64,000 nt of DNA from assembly GCA_964551605.1 (NCBI GenBank), contig CAZKCV010000006.1:70-64069 (forward strand), in the 5' to 3' direction. Position numbers and translations under genes: made by a program. The stretch comes from an uncultured Gammaproteobacteria bacterium (GTDB lineage Bacteria > Patescibacteriota > Microgenomatia > Daviesbacterales > UBA10151). Shown here in pieces: positions 36,841 to 45,561 of this stretch (positions are counted from its first letter, which is position 1; every line of letters starts with the position of its first letter). The notes beneath the pieces were generated by a model, which searched no databases, was not told the origin of the DNA, and was given only the letters and a program-made list of their open reading frames with translations.

Positions 36841-36893
36841 TTGTCAATTATATTGACAAATAACTTGACAATTAAAATTGTCCTTTATATAAT
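36841..36893 (+). promoter_or_regulatory. 19-bp perfect palindrome (TTGTCAATTATATTGACAA) plus consensus sigma70 promoter TTGACA-17-TATAAT upstream of Fic gene 2
   Basis: Palindrome 36841-36859, -35 at 36865-36870, -10 at 36888-36893, GGAG then ATG at 36900. Confidence 0.55.
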
Positions 36894-36899
36894 TGGAGT

Positions 36900-37910
36900 A
36901 TGTTTAAACCAAAATATACTTTAACTCCCGAAATCCTCAATAATATTAATGAGATAGAAAGGCTTTATGGACGACTTGAGGGTTTGACTATTCCCCGACA
37001 TCTTTTATTAAATCTTGAACGGGACAATTTAATTCAATCTGCATATATTTCAAATAGCATTGAGGGTAATCCTCTCTCTCAAGCAGAAGTAACAAATCTA
37101 TTGTTAAATGATAGGATACCGGTTAATCGGGATGAAAAAGAAGTGGTCAATTACTTTAAAATTTTAAAAACTCTTCATAAAAGAATTGGACAACCCTTTG
37201 ACCTTAATATTATTCTTGATATTCATACGGAATTAATGGAAGCGGTTAGTGATAAAATCAAAGGTAAAATTCGAAATAAGCAAATAGTAATAGGCAATTA
37301 TGGTGAAGACAATAAAATTATTATTAAACATAATCCTCCGTTTCACACATATTTAGAAATAGAGCAGTCTCTAAAAAAACTTCTGAATTGGATTCAAGAT
37401 AGCGCTGAACCATCTATTTTAAAAGCGGGATTGTTTCATCATCAATTTGTTTTTATTCATCCGTTTGAGGATGGCAATGGAAGAGTGTGCAGGTTATCAA
37501 CGGCGCTATTTTTATTAAAAAATAACTATCTTATTAATAAGTACTTTGTTCTGGATGATTATTATGATATTGATAGACAGCAATATTCGGATAAATTACA
37601 TACTGCTGATTTTGGGGACAAGACAGAATGGTTAAAGTATTTTACAGATGGAGTGAAATATTCATTACAAAGCGCATTAGGAAAGGTTGAATCAGGACTC
37701 ACCAATCTTACGTTTGATATTCGTCCAACTCCTAAGGAACAGGTAGCTTTAGCAATAATACAAAAGTATAGAGAAATTAATTCCGCTGATTTAGTAAAAG
37801 AGCTCAATATAACAAGACAACAGGCGTTCAATCTTCTAAGAGCTCTTACAAAAAAGGGTTATCTTGAAAAAAAGGGCATCACTAAAAGTAGTTTTTATAT
37901 CTTAAAATAG
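36900..37910 (+). CDS. Fic family protein (class II; C-terminal wHTH)
   Basis: 'HPFEDGNGRVCR' and 'SNSIEGN'. Confidence 0.8.
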   Translation: MFKPKYTLTPEILNNINEIERLYGRLEGLTIPRHLLLNLERDNLIQSAYISNSIEGNPLSQAEVTNLLLNDRIPVNRDEKEVVNYFKILKTLHKRIGQPFDLNIILDIHTELMEAVSDKIKGKIRNKQIVIGNYGEDNKIIIKHNPPFHTYLEIEQSLKKLLNWIQDSAEPSILKAGLFHHQFVFIHPFEDGNGRVCRLSTALFLLKNNYLINKYFVLDDYYDIDRQQYSDKLHTADFGDKTEWLKYFTDGVKYSLQSALGKVESGLTNLTFDIRPTPKEQVALAIIQKYREINSADLVKELNITRQQAFNLLRALTKKGYLEKKGITKSSFYILK

Positions 37911-38045
37911 CACATTCTACTGTTTATAGTATACATCCTAGTTAAAAATTGTTATTGCGCTTTATAGAGATCGCCGTTTGCCATTTCCAAAGGATAGCAT
38001 ATTTTGCCTGTACAATTAAAATGAATTGATGTTACAATACTTTCT

Positions 38046-38645
38046 ATGGGAAATTTTAACCGCGGCAGATCAGGCGGACCTGCCCGCTATGCTTCGCGAA
38101 GCGATGCAGGCGGGGGAAGAGGCTTTGAAAGAAGAGGTTTTAATGACAGAGGCAGAAGGGGGTCTGCAGAGATGCACCAGGCTGTTTGTGACAATTGCCG
38201 AAAAAACTGTGAAGTGCCTTTCCGTCCTACCAGCGGCAAGCCGATTTTTTGCAGTGATTGTTTTCAAAATAACCGTGGTTCTGATTCGGGGAGATTTGAT
38301 GATCGGAATACTGGTAGATCCGCTGGCTCGGATGAGAGAAGAATGTTTGAGGCTACCTGTGATGAGTGCAGAAACAGCTGCAAGGTTCCTTTTCAGCCAA
38401 GCGGCGGAAAGCCAATTTACTGCAGTGACTGTTTTGGGGAGAAAAAAGGCGCCGGAGATAAAAACAGGGATCATTTTGAAGAGCTGCATAACAAACTCGA
38501 TAAAATTTTACTACTATTAGAGCAGAATGCTTTTGCAAAGACAGCTCCGGCAGTTCAGGAAGAGATAATAGCAGAAGTTCAACAGATTAAAGCTGTTGAT
38601 GCCCCGGAGAAAGTTACCAGGAAAAAAACCTCAAAAAAGAAATAA
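38046..38645 (+). CDS. RGG-rich protein with two CxxC-x17-CxxC zinc ribbons
   Basis: 'CDNCRKNCEVPFRPTSGKPIFCSDCF' repeated as 'CDECRNSCKVPFQPSGGKPIYCSDCF'; preferred over overlapping ORFs in other frames. Confidence 0.45.
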   Translation: MGNFNRGRSGGPARYASRSDAGGGRGFERRGFNDRGRRGSAEMHQAVCDNCRKNCEVPFRPTSGKPIFCSDCFQNNRGSDSGRFDDRNTGRSAGSDERRMFEATCDECRNSCKVPFQPSGGKPIYCSDCFGEKKGAGDKNRDHFEELHNKLDKILLLLEQNAFAKTAPAVQEEIIAEVQQIKAVDAPEKVTRKKTSKKK

Positions 38646-38815
38646 TTCCTTTTCGGAAAGATGTAAGTACGGGTAGAATAAAAACTTCTGTATTGTGATA
38701 ATTCTCACTGAATCTTTTTATCTCTTTTTGTATGCTTATTTCTAAATTAAGTAAATAATTTTTTGTAGCAGACGGAAACGATGAGGACGAAGACTAACCA
38801 TGGGGTTAGTTAGAT

Positions 38816-38852
38816 AGGGCAGCAAATCCACTCGGTGCAAGCCGGGTGGATT
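38816..38852 (+). terminator. intrinsic terminator (AAATCCAC..GTGGATTT followed by GTTTTT)
   Basis: Read directly. Confidence 0.4.
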
Positions 38853-38864
38853 TGTTTTTAGGGG

Positions 38865-39224
38865 TTAAAGCTGTTCCAAATCCTGGTCTAAAGTGGCAAA
38901 TTCATCATCGACACCGCTCTCCACATCGATACTTTCCAGATCAGCCTCCAGGTTCTCCTCAGGCGCGGCAGGAGGCGGCTGTACGGTGTTAACCTGGGTT
39001 GCGGCCGGGATAGCTTTCGATTGCTGGCTACTGAGGAAAAAGTATAACCCTCCGACTATTGCCGCTATTACCACCAATCCAATTACCAACCAAAGAACCA
39101 TTTTCTTGGATTCGCCCCCGCCGGAAACCGCTACCTCAGGCGCTGCAGGAGGCATAGCAGTCTCCGCAGGTGCCTGTGCTGCCTGGACAGGGGGGTTAGG
39201 AGCCGGCGCCTGATTATTGTCCAC
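38865..39224 (-). CDS. Pro/Ala-rich single-pass membrane protein
   Basis: One TM; acidic C-terminus. Confidence 0.35.
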   Translation of the reverse strand: MDNNQAPAPNPPVQAAQAPAETAMPPAAPEVAVSGGGESKKMVLWLVIGLVVIAAIVGGLYFFLSSQQSKAIPAATQVNTVQPPPAAPEENLEADLESIDVESGVDDEFATLDQDLEQL

Positions 39225-39972
39225 TTACTGATGCCTCCTTTGCTTTATCAGCTGACGATACTGACCCGGATTTTGCTATTCTGATGGCATCTGATACTGA
39301 CTTCTTAGCCTCCCGGACTGTTTTTCTGGTGGACTCAAGATCCTTATGCAGGGCATCCCGCTGGCTTTTGGCATCCAGGCCGATTCTGCCTTCAGATGTA
39401 ACAGTGATGGTGTAATCTTTGAGTGATTGGGCCGAAACTGCTTCAACGGCAGCTGTGATATCGGCCCTTGCAGCATCAATTGCAGTCTGGGTGCTGGTCT
39501 GATCCTTAATATCCGGCTTGCCGCTATTGACCCGGGCTTCCAGTTTATTCAAAATTAATGACATGCTGTCTAGGTGCCTTTGCATCTGGCTGGTTTGTTT
39601 TTGGTTGACATTATTCAAATTGGTATTTAACCTGTCGGCTATTTCTGCTTTTTTCTGATCCCTGAAAGACTGAAGCCTTGTCTTTAAGGCTGCTGCTTTG
39701 GAGGCTATCCTCTCCTTGGTGGCTGCTACTTTAGCCTGAATATTCTCTTTCTTTGCTTCAATTCTTTGTTGTGCAACCTGTTGCCTTTCCTTTACTGCCT
39801 GGATTCGATCCTTTTTAACCGGCGCGGTGGCTGCTGAAGTAGCTGTATCCTGGGCATAAGCCGGCAAAGCCAAAACTACCCATACGGCAATCGCAGCCAA
39901 AATAACGGAAAAGGGGATGTAAGCAGCTCTGGACATTATTACTAATTTATCAGAATAATCCCCATCTGTCAA
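39214..39972 (-). CDS. secreted coiled-coil protein
   Basis: Signal peptide after the internal Met (likely start near 39936); repetitive K/A/Q-rich helices. Confidence 0.4.
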   Translation of the reverse strand: MTDGDYSDKLVIMSRAAYIPFSVILAAIAVWVVLALPAYAQDTATSAATAPVKKDRIQAVKERQQVAQQRIEAKKENIQAKVAATKERIASKAAALKTRLQSFRDQKKAEIADRLNTNLNNVNQKQTSQMQRHLDSMSLILNKLEARVNSGKPDIKDQTSTQTAIDAARADITAAVEAVSAQSLKDYTITVTSEGRIGLDAKSQRDALHKDLESTRKTVREAKKSVSDAIRIAKSGSVSSADKAKEASVSGQ

Positions 39973-40194
39973 TATGACTGCCCGGGTGGGGGCAGGTTTT
40001 TTAAGAATCTTAAGGTAGATCAGTTATACAAGTGTTCTTCAAATCTCCAGGATACTTAATTTACTGCCAACACTCCTGCCCCAACCCAAGCCTGTTATTT
40101 ATATCCTTTCTGCTTACTGATTTCAGTAATTTTTCTTACAAGCGAGTTTACGAGCTTGCAAGATTTTCTTACAAACATGTTATACTTGAGCCTT

Positions 40195-41883
40195 ATGTTA
40201 TCTGACTTACAAATTGCCCAGGCAGCTAAATTAAAACCTGTTACTGAAATTGCTTCCGAAATTGATTTGCTGCCCGGCGAAATTGAAGTTTACGGAAATT
40301 ATAAAGCCAAAGTTTCCCTGGACGTCCTGAAAAGGTTAAAGGCTAAAAAAAACGGCAAATATATTGATGTCACAGCCATTACCCCTACCCCGCTTGGGGA
40401 AGGTAAAACCACTACCACTGTTGGTTTAGGCCAGGCTCTAAATAAAATCGGTAAAAAAGCAATTATCTGTATCCGGCAGCCTTCTTTAGGGCCGGTTTTC
40501 GGTATCAAGGGAGGTGCAGCAGGTGGAGGTTACTCGCAGATCATCCCGATGGAAGATTTTAATTTACATTTAACCGGAGACATTCACGCTATCGGTCTGG
40601 CCCACAACCTATTGGCGGCTTTTATTGATAACCATATTTTTCACGGCAATAAATTAAATATTGATCCCCAGGCAATCACCTTCCGCCGGGTGGTGGATGT
40701 CAGCGACCGGATCCTTCGCCACATCATTATCGGCTTAAATAAGGAAGGAGTGGTCAGGGAAACCGGTTATGACATTACAGTCGCTTCTGAAGTAATGGCA
40801 ATTCTGGCTTTAACCACCGGCCTGAAGGATTTGCGGGAGCGTTTAGGAAAAATCGTTATCGGCACTACCAAAGACGGCAAGCCTGTCACAGCCGAGGATT
40901 TAAAGGTGGCCGGGGCCATGACCGTACTTTTGAAAGATGCCATCAAGCCTAACCTGATGCAGACTTTGGAAAATACCCCGGCATTTGTCCACTGCGGCCC
41001 GTTTGCTAATATTGCTCACGGCAACAGTTCCATTTTGGCTGATGAGATTGCGCTTAAATTATCTGATTATGTAGTGACGGAAAGCGGCTTTGGAGCAGAT
41101 TTGGGAGCTGAAAAATTCATGAACATTAAGTGCCGGGTTTCCGGTTTAACACCCGATGCAGTAGTAATAGTGGCTACTATTCGGGCATTAAAAATGCACA
41201 GCGGCAGATTCAAAGTTATTGCCGGTAAACCTCTCGATCCCGGGTTAACCGAAGAAAACCTGGAGGCCGTCAGAAAGGGTTCTGAAAATCTGGAAAAACA
41301 AATTGAAAACATGCGCTATTTCGGAGTACCGGTGGTGGTGGCGGTTAATAAATTCAGTACGGATACAAAAGCGGAAATAGAACTGGTTAAAAAGGTTTCC
41401 CTAAAAGCCGGAGCCCTGGAGGCTTGTACCAGTGATGTCCATGCCAGGGGAGGAGCAGGCGGTATAGAAATGGCAGAAGCAGTGTTGAGGGCTTGTGAGA
41501 AGCCGAAAAAGTTTAAGTTCTTGTATCCTTTGAAAGCTCCGATTAAGAAAAAGGTAGAAACCATTGCCAAAAAGATTTATGGTGCGGACGGCGTTTCTTA
41601 TTTACCGGCGGCAGAGAAAGCCATTGCCATGTTTACGGAAATGGGCTATGCTGGCCTGCCGATTTGCATGGCTAAAACCCATGAATCGCTGTCGCATGAG
41701 AAAACTTTAAAGGGAAGACCAAAAGGCTTTACAGTTACCATCCGGGATGTAAGGCTCTCAGCCGGTGCCGGTTTCCTCTATCCCCTTTTGGGTGAGATGC
41801 GGACCATGCCTGGTTTACCTTCAGTCCCGGCCGGAGAAAAAATAGATATTGACTCAGAGAGAAAAATTGTCGGGCTCTTTTAA
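40195..41883 (+). CDS. fhs: formate--tetrahydrofolate ligase
   Basis: '[16 protein letters not shown]' FTHFS signature; start set to the ATG giving '[15 protein letters not shown]'. Confidence 0.85.
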   Translation: MLSDLQIAQAAKLKPVTEIASEIDLLPGEIEVYGNYKAKVSLDVLKRLKAKKNGKYIDVTAITPTPLGEGKTTTTVGLGQALNKIGKKAIICIRQPSLGPVFGIKGGAAGGGYSQIIPMEDFNLHLTGDIHAIGLAHNLLAAFIDNHIFHGNKLNIDPQAITFRRVVDVSDRILRHIIIGLNKEGVVRETGYDITVASEVMAILALTTGLKDLRERLGKIVIGTTKDGKPVTAEDLKVAGAMTVLLKDAIKPNLMQTLENTPAFVHCGPFANIAHGNSSILADEIALKLSDYVVTESGFGADLGAEKFMNIKCRVSGLTPDAVVIVATIRALKMHSGRFKVIAGKPLDPGLTEENLEAVRKGSENLEKQIENMRYFGVPVVVAVNKFSTDTKAEIELVKKVSLKAGALEACTSDVHARGGAGGIEMAEAVLRACEKPKKFKFLYPLKAPIKKKVETIAKKIYGADGVSYLPAAEKAIAMFTEMGYAGLPICMAKTHESLSHEKTLKGRPKGFTVTIRDVRLSAGAGFLYPLLGEMRTMPGLPSVPAGEKIDIDSERKIVGLF

Positions 41884-41994
41884 TAAACTAGCGGTCACGC
41901 TTAATGTAGTATTCATCCTCTAAGTCAAATAGTCCGCCTCTGGCAGCTCTCGATGTAATTTTTCTTAGGGCGAATGCTGCATTACATGTAGAAC

Positions 41995-43059
41995 TCAGGG
42001 TTTTGGTTTTGGCTTTAAGCGTCTCTTCAAGTTAATGTAAAGTAATTCACGAAAAGAAGGTGGCTCGGTAAAAGGAAAAGCAATCCTCTGATCCGGCGGA
42101 GACCTCTTTATATACTCTCTAAATGCATTTATAGAGTTGGGTGTTATGAGGTTCTCTAAAATCCTGCCAAGCGGCAGATAGTATTCATGTACCCACTGTT
42201 CCAATGTACTGTCATCAAGCTGCGAAGCTATATCCGGAGGCAGTGGTGCAATTCTTGCTGTCCGGTAAAATTCTTCGCTATTTAGTCTGTGTTTAAGCCT
42301 GTTCACCCCCAAAGCTTTCCGGCACTCCAGTATATGTAATGCCTCCAGTGCTTTATCTGCCTTCTCAGGGTCTTTCCTGAAACCTTTCAGGTCCTGCGAT
42401 AATTCTCCCTTTTTTATCAACTCATCAATCAAATCCATTTCATCCAGGTATGCTTTTTCAGTGACATCCGCAGAAGCTGTGTTCCGGCTATACAACCGGT
42501 TCTGGTCCCTTTTCTTTCTCCCTGTCAAAATTTGTTCCAGCAGGTCTTGACTAGGTCTTACCGGAATAATCCGATGAATCTGCCCTGCTTGGTCGCGCGT
42601 ATCGGATATTGCCTGATGCAGTGTATTCCTCCCGTTGTCCCGGCGATGGGGAATCACCGGTAGGTCGATAACTATAGTATTAGGCTTGCCGGAAGACTCT
42701 CTTATCCACCATAAAGAAGTCAGCACTGAGAATGAGGCTAATGGCAATAATAATCCTGCATGTTCAGGGTTTCTTCTGGACCAACCTGTTGCTTCCTCTA
42801 TAAATGTCAAATGCCGGTCAAAATCCACCAACCAGACATTTGACTTTTCTCTTTTTATTTCTGTATCATCTTTTAATCTATCAGCCAGGGCCAGGGCTAT
42901 CGTAGTTTTGGTAGAACCCGGCCTTCCGATGATCCATATATATGTATCATCGGTGTAGGGTACTAAAGATGTAATCCTTGGGTAATAATCTACCAACTCC
43001 GGTACATTATTAAAAACCGCGGAAAGCAATCTTGAACGTGAAGATTCTTTTTCAACCAT
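41995..43059 (-). CDS. P-loop NTPase/kinase-like protein with C-terminal helical domain
   Basis: Walker A 'IGRPGSTKTTIALALA' and Walker B-like 'TIVIDLP'; overlaps the upstream HK gene by 8 nt. Confidence 0.45.
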   Translation of the reverse strand: MVEKESSRSRLLSAVFNNVPELVDYYPRITSLVPYTDDTYIWIIGRPGSTKTTIALALADRLKDDTEIKREKSNVWLVDFDRHLTFIEEATGWSRRNPEHAGLLLPLASFSVLTSLWWIRESSGKPNTIVIDLPVIPHRRDNGRNTLHQAISDTRDQAGQIHRIIPVRPSQDLLEQILTGRKKRDQNRLYSRNTASADVTEKAYLDEMDLIDELIKKGELSQDLKGFRKDPEKADKALEALHILECRKALGVNRLKHRLNSEEFYRTARIAPLPPDIASQLDDSTLEQWVHEYYLPLGRILENLITPNSINAFREYIKRSPPDQRIAFPFTEPPSFRELLYINLKRRLKPKPKP

Positions 43060-44227
43060 ACTTTGCCTTTGGTAATTTCACCTCTACAGTGGTTCCCTTG
43101 CCCATTCTTGAGTGGATCCTGATAAAACCTCTGTGAGCCTCCACGATATTTTTGGTCAGGAATAAGCCCAGTCCCGCTCCTCCTCTTTCCGCCTGATTAT
43201 TTCGGAAAAACGGCTCAAATATCCGTAATTTATCTTTATTGGAAATACCTATCCCGAAATCCCTGACTGCTAATAAAAGATAGGGTGACTTAAAACTTAA
43301 AGTGATTAAAATATCTTTATGGGGATCTGAGAACTTTGCGGCGTTTTCTATCAGATTATTAACTGCCTGAAGTATTCTTTCAAAATCACAGATTATTTTG
43401 TCCTCCATTTTGTTTAATTTATTATGGAAAATTAGTTTATGTTTAGGCCGTTCGAACCCGAATTCAGAAATTGCTTTTTCAATAATTTCCGTTAAATTAT
43501 GTTCACGGAATGTATAACCAAATTTACCCCTCTGGATTCTGCTGACCTCCAGAAAATCATTAACTAAAGAAGTTAACCTGCTAACTTCCCAGTATAGTTC
43601 TTTTACCCACCTGGATTGAGAACTTTGCGGGGGAAGTTTGTTTATCAAAAGCTGTGAATATCCGGCAATGGTGGTTAATGGGGTCCTGAATTCATGGGCA
43701 GCCATGGCTACAAAAAGGTCGCGGGTTTTCAGGGCATTAAGTGTTTCATCATAGAGTTGGGCTTTCCTGATTGCAATACTGGCCATAGAACTGAATGGTT
43801 GCAGGATCAGAGGTTTCTCCTGAGTAAAATGACCGCGTTTATGAGAACGGACTATCAATACCCCAATAGGCTTATTTTTATATCCTAAAGGTATATAGGC
43901 GTTAGACTTTACCCCGGCTGCAATCAGTTTAGGGCGTGATTTAGCAAGTTCGTTTGTGTGAACCAGAAGGGTTTTGTTCTCACGAAAGGCCTTGTTCGTA
44001 AATCCGCCCTTTCTCATTCTCAAATTAGGGAAATTCTTGGGAGCTTCCTTATAAACTCTTTGCAATTTACCATTTTTCTCCAACACTATCATCCCGCTTT
44101 CGCCACCCACTAGCTTCATTGCTTCATGGACAATGTTTCTGTAGGTTTCCTCAGGGGTTAAAGGCACCAGGAATTTTAGGCTGGCCTCATAGATTTTTTG
44201 GAGATAATCAACTGCTTTTTTGGCCAT
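43052..44227 (-). CDS. cytoplasmic GAF-like sensor histidine kinase
   Basis: H-box 'AAHEFRTPL'; HATPase 'GGAGLGLFLTKNIV' G-boxes; no TM. Confidence 0.7.
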   Translation of the reverse strand: MAKKAVDYLQKIYEASLKFLVPLTPEETYRNIVHEAMKLVGGESGMIVLEKNGKLQRVYKEAPKNFPNLRMRKGGFTNKAFRENKTLLVHTNELAKSRPKLIAAGVKSNAYIPLGYKNKPIGVLIVRSHKRGHFTQEKPLILQPFSSMASIAIRKAQLYDETLNALKTRDLFVAMAAHEFRTPLTTIAGYSQLLINKLPPQSSQSRWVKELYWEVSRLTSLVNDFLEVSRIQRGKFGYTFREHNLTEIIEKAISEFGFERPKHKLIFHNKLNKMEDKIICDFERILQAVNNLIENAAKFSDPHKDILITLSFKSPYLLLAVRDFGIGISNKDKLRIFEPFFRNNQAERGGAGLGLFLTKNIVEAHRGFIRIHSRMGKGTTVEVKLPKAKYG

Positions 44228-44300
44228 CTGATGAAAGGTAAATTTACAGCCGGATTATAGCGGAAAAGGGTTAATAAAGCAATTCTCAGGTACTTCACTA

Positions 44301-44348
44301 TTTAGCTTTACACAGCTTTACACCCTCCGGGTGGTTTAGGTTTACACC
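44301..44348. repeat. 48-bp copy (46/48) of the left-end block of the 18673 element
   Basis: TTTAGCTTTACACAGCTTTACACCCTCCGGGTGGTTTAGGTTTACACC, 20 bp downstream of the tRNA-Arg 3' end. Confidence 0.7.
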
Positions 44349-44368
44349 TATTCTTTATTTAAGATTTG

Positions 44369-44441
44369 CGCCCCTGGAGGGATTCGAACCCCCAATCTAA
44401 CGCTTAGAACGCGCTCGCTTCATCCATTAAGCTACAGGGGC
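44369..44441 (-). tRNA. tRNA-Arg (anticodon TCT)
   Basis: Reverse complement folds: acceptor GCCCCTG/CAGGGGC, D-arm GCTT-AATGGATG-AAGC, anticodon loop GTTCTAA, T-loop TTCGAAT. Confidence 0.7.
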
Positions 44442-44575
44442 AAGGTCGCACTGACTATTTTAACAATTTAGGGCTAATTAAGCAAAGCTGATACAATTCA
44501 CCTCAAGAATATCCCACCTGGGGGGTGGATTTCTACGTTCGCCAGTTGGCGAAGGAAAGCTTTGCTTATTGACAC

Positions 44576-45526
44576 CTAAGGTTTCTGGAGATTCTGGATA
44601 TGGACAATTAATTTCTTAAGGCCCTCTTCTAATTCAACCTTCGGTTCCCAGCCTAATCTTCTGGCTTTGGTAATGTCCGGGCAGCGTCTGACCGGGTCAT
44701 CCTCCGGCAGGCTTTCTACAGATTCAACTTCAGAAGAGGCGTTGGTGATTTTTTTAACAATTTCCGCCAGTTCCAGAATAGTGAATTCATTTGGGTTTCC
44801 CAGGTTATAAACTTCACCTTTTTCTCCCCTATCCATGACTGTGATCATCCCGTCTATTAAATCCGACACATAGCAGAAGGATCTGGTCTGCTTACCGTCG
44901 CCAAAAACCGGAAAAGGTTTATTCTGCAAAGCAGCCATCACAAATTCAATCACCACCCGGCCGTCCCGGGCCATTCTGGGGCCATAAGTATTAAAGATCC
45001 TGATGATCCTGCCGTCCAGCTTTTGCAGGCGCACAAAAGCAGAAGTAATAGTCTCACCAAACCTTTTGGACTCATCATAAACAGACCTGGGCCCGGTAGT
45101 GGAAACATTCCCCCGGTAGCTTTCTTTCTGGGGATGCTCCAGAGGATCTCCGTAAATCTCGGAAGTGGAAGCAAATAAAAACTTGGCTCCCCGTTTCAGC
45201 GCCTCTTCGCATAAGCTCCAGGTGCCGAAGGAATTAACCTGCATGGTTTCAAAAGGCAGGGTAATATAGCTTTGGGGGTTGTTTTTATTAGGGGAGGCCG
45301 GAGAGGCCAGATGATAGATTTGGTCAAAATCCAGATCTTCCGGAAACGGTTCCGAGGCTTCAGCTTCTATAAATTGAAAATCCGGGCTGTTTTGCAGATG
45401 GGCAATGTTATCTAAAGAACCGGTTAAGAGGTTATCTACACAAATTACCTGGTCACCTCTTTCAATTAATCTGTCACATAGGTGTGATCCTAAAAATCCG
45501 GCTCCGCCTGTTACAATAACTTTCAT
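44576..45526 (-). CDS. UDP-glucuronate decarboxylase (UDP-xylose synthase)-like SDR
   Basis: 'VTGGAGFLGSHL' Rossmann motif and 'YDESKRFGE' YxxxK. Confidence 0.7.
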   Translation of the reverse strand: MKVIVTGGAGFLGSHLCDRLIERGDQVICVDNLLTGSLDNIAHLQNSPDFQFIEAEASEPFPEDLDFDQIYHLASPASPNKNNPQSYITLPFETMQVNSFGTWSLCEEALKRGAKFLFASTSEIYGDPLEHPQKESYRGNVSTTGPRSVYDESKRFGETITSAFVRLQKLDGRIIRIFNTYGPRMARDGRVVIEFVMAALQNKPFPVFGDGKQTRSFCYVSDLIDGMITVMDRGEKGEVYNLGNPNEFTILELAEIVKKITNASSEVESVESLPEDDPVRRCPDITKARRLGWEPKVELEEGLKKLIVHIQNLQKP

Positions 45527-45561
45527 GCTTTAATTGTACATTGTAAATTCTAAATTGTACA

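Noticed and set aside
38026-38520. Alternative-frame ORFs 38026..38520 (+), 38070..38489 (-), 38353..38538 (-)
   Set aside because: They are artefacts of a GC-rich patch. The zinc-ribbon frame (38046..38645) has the only repeated, motif-bearing product.
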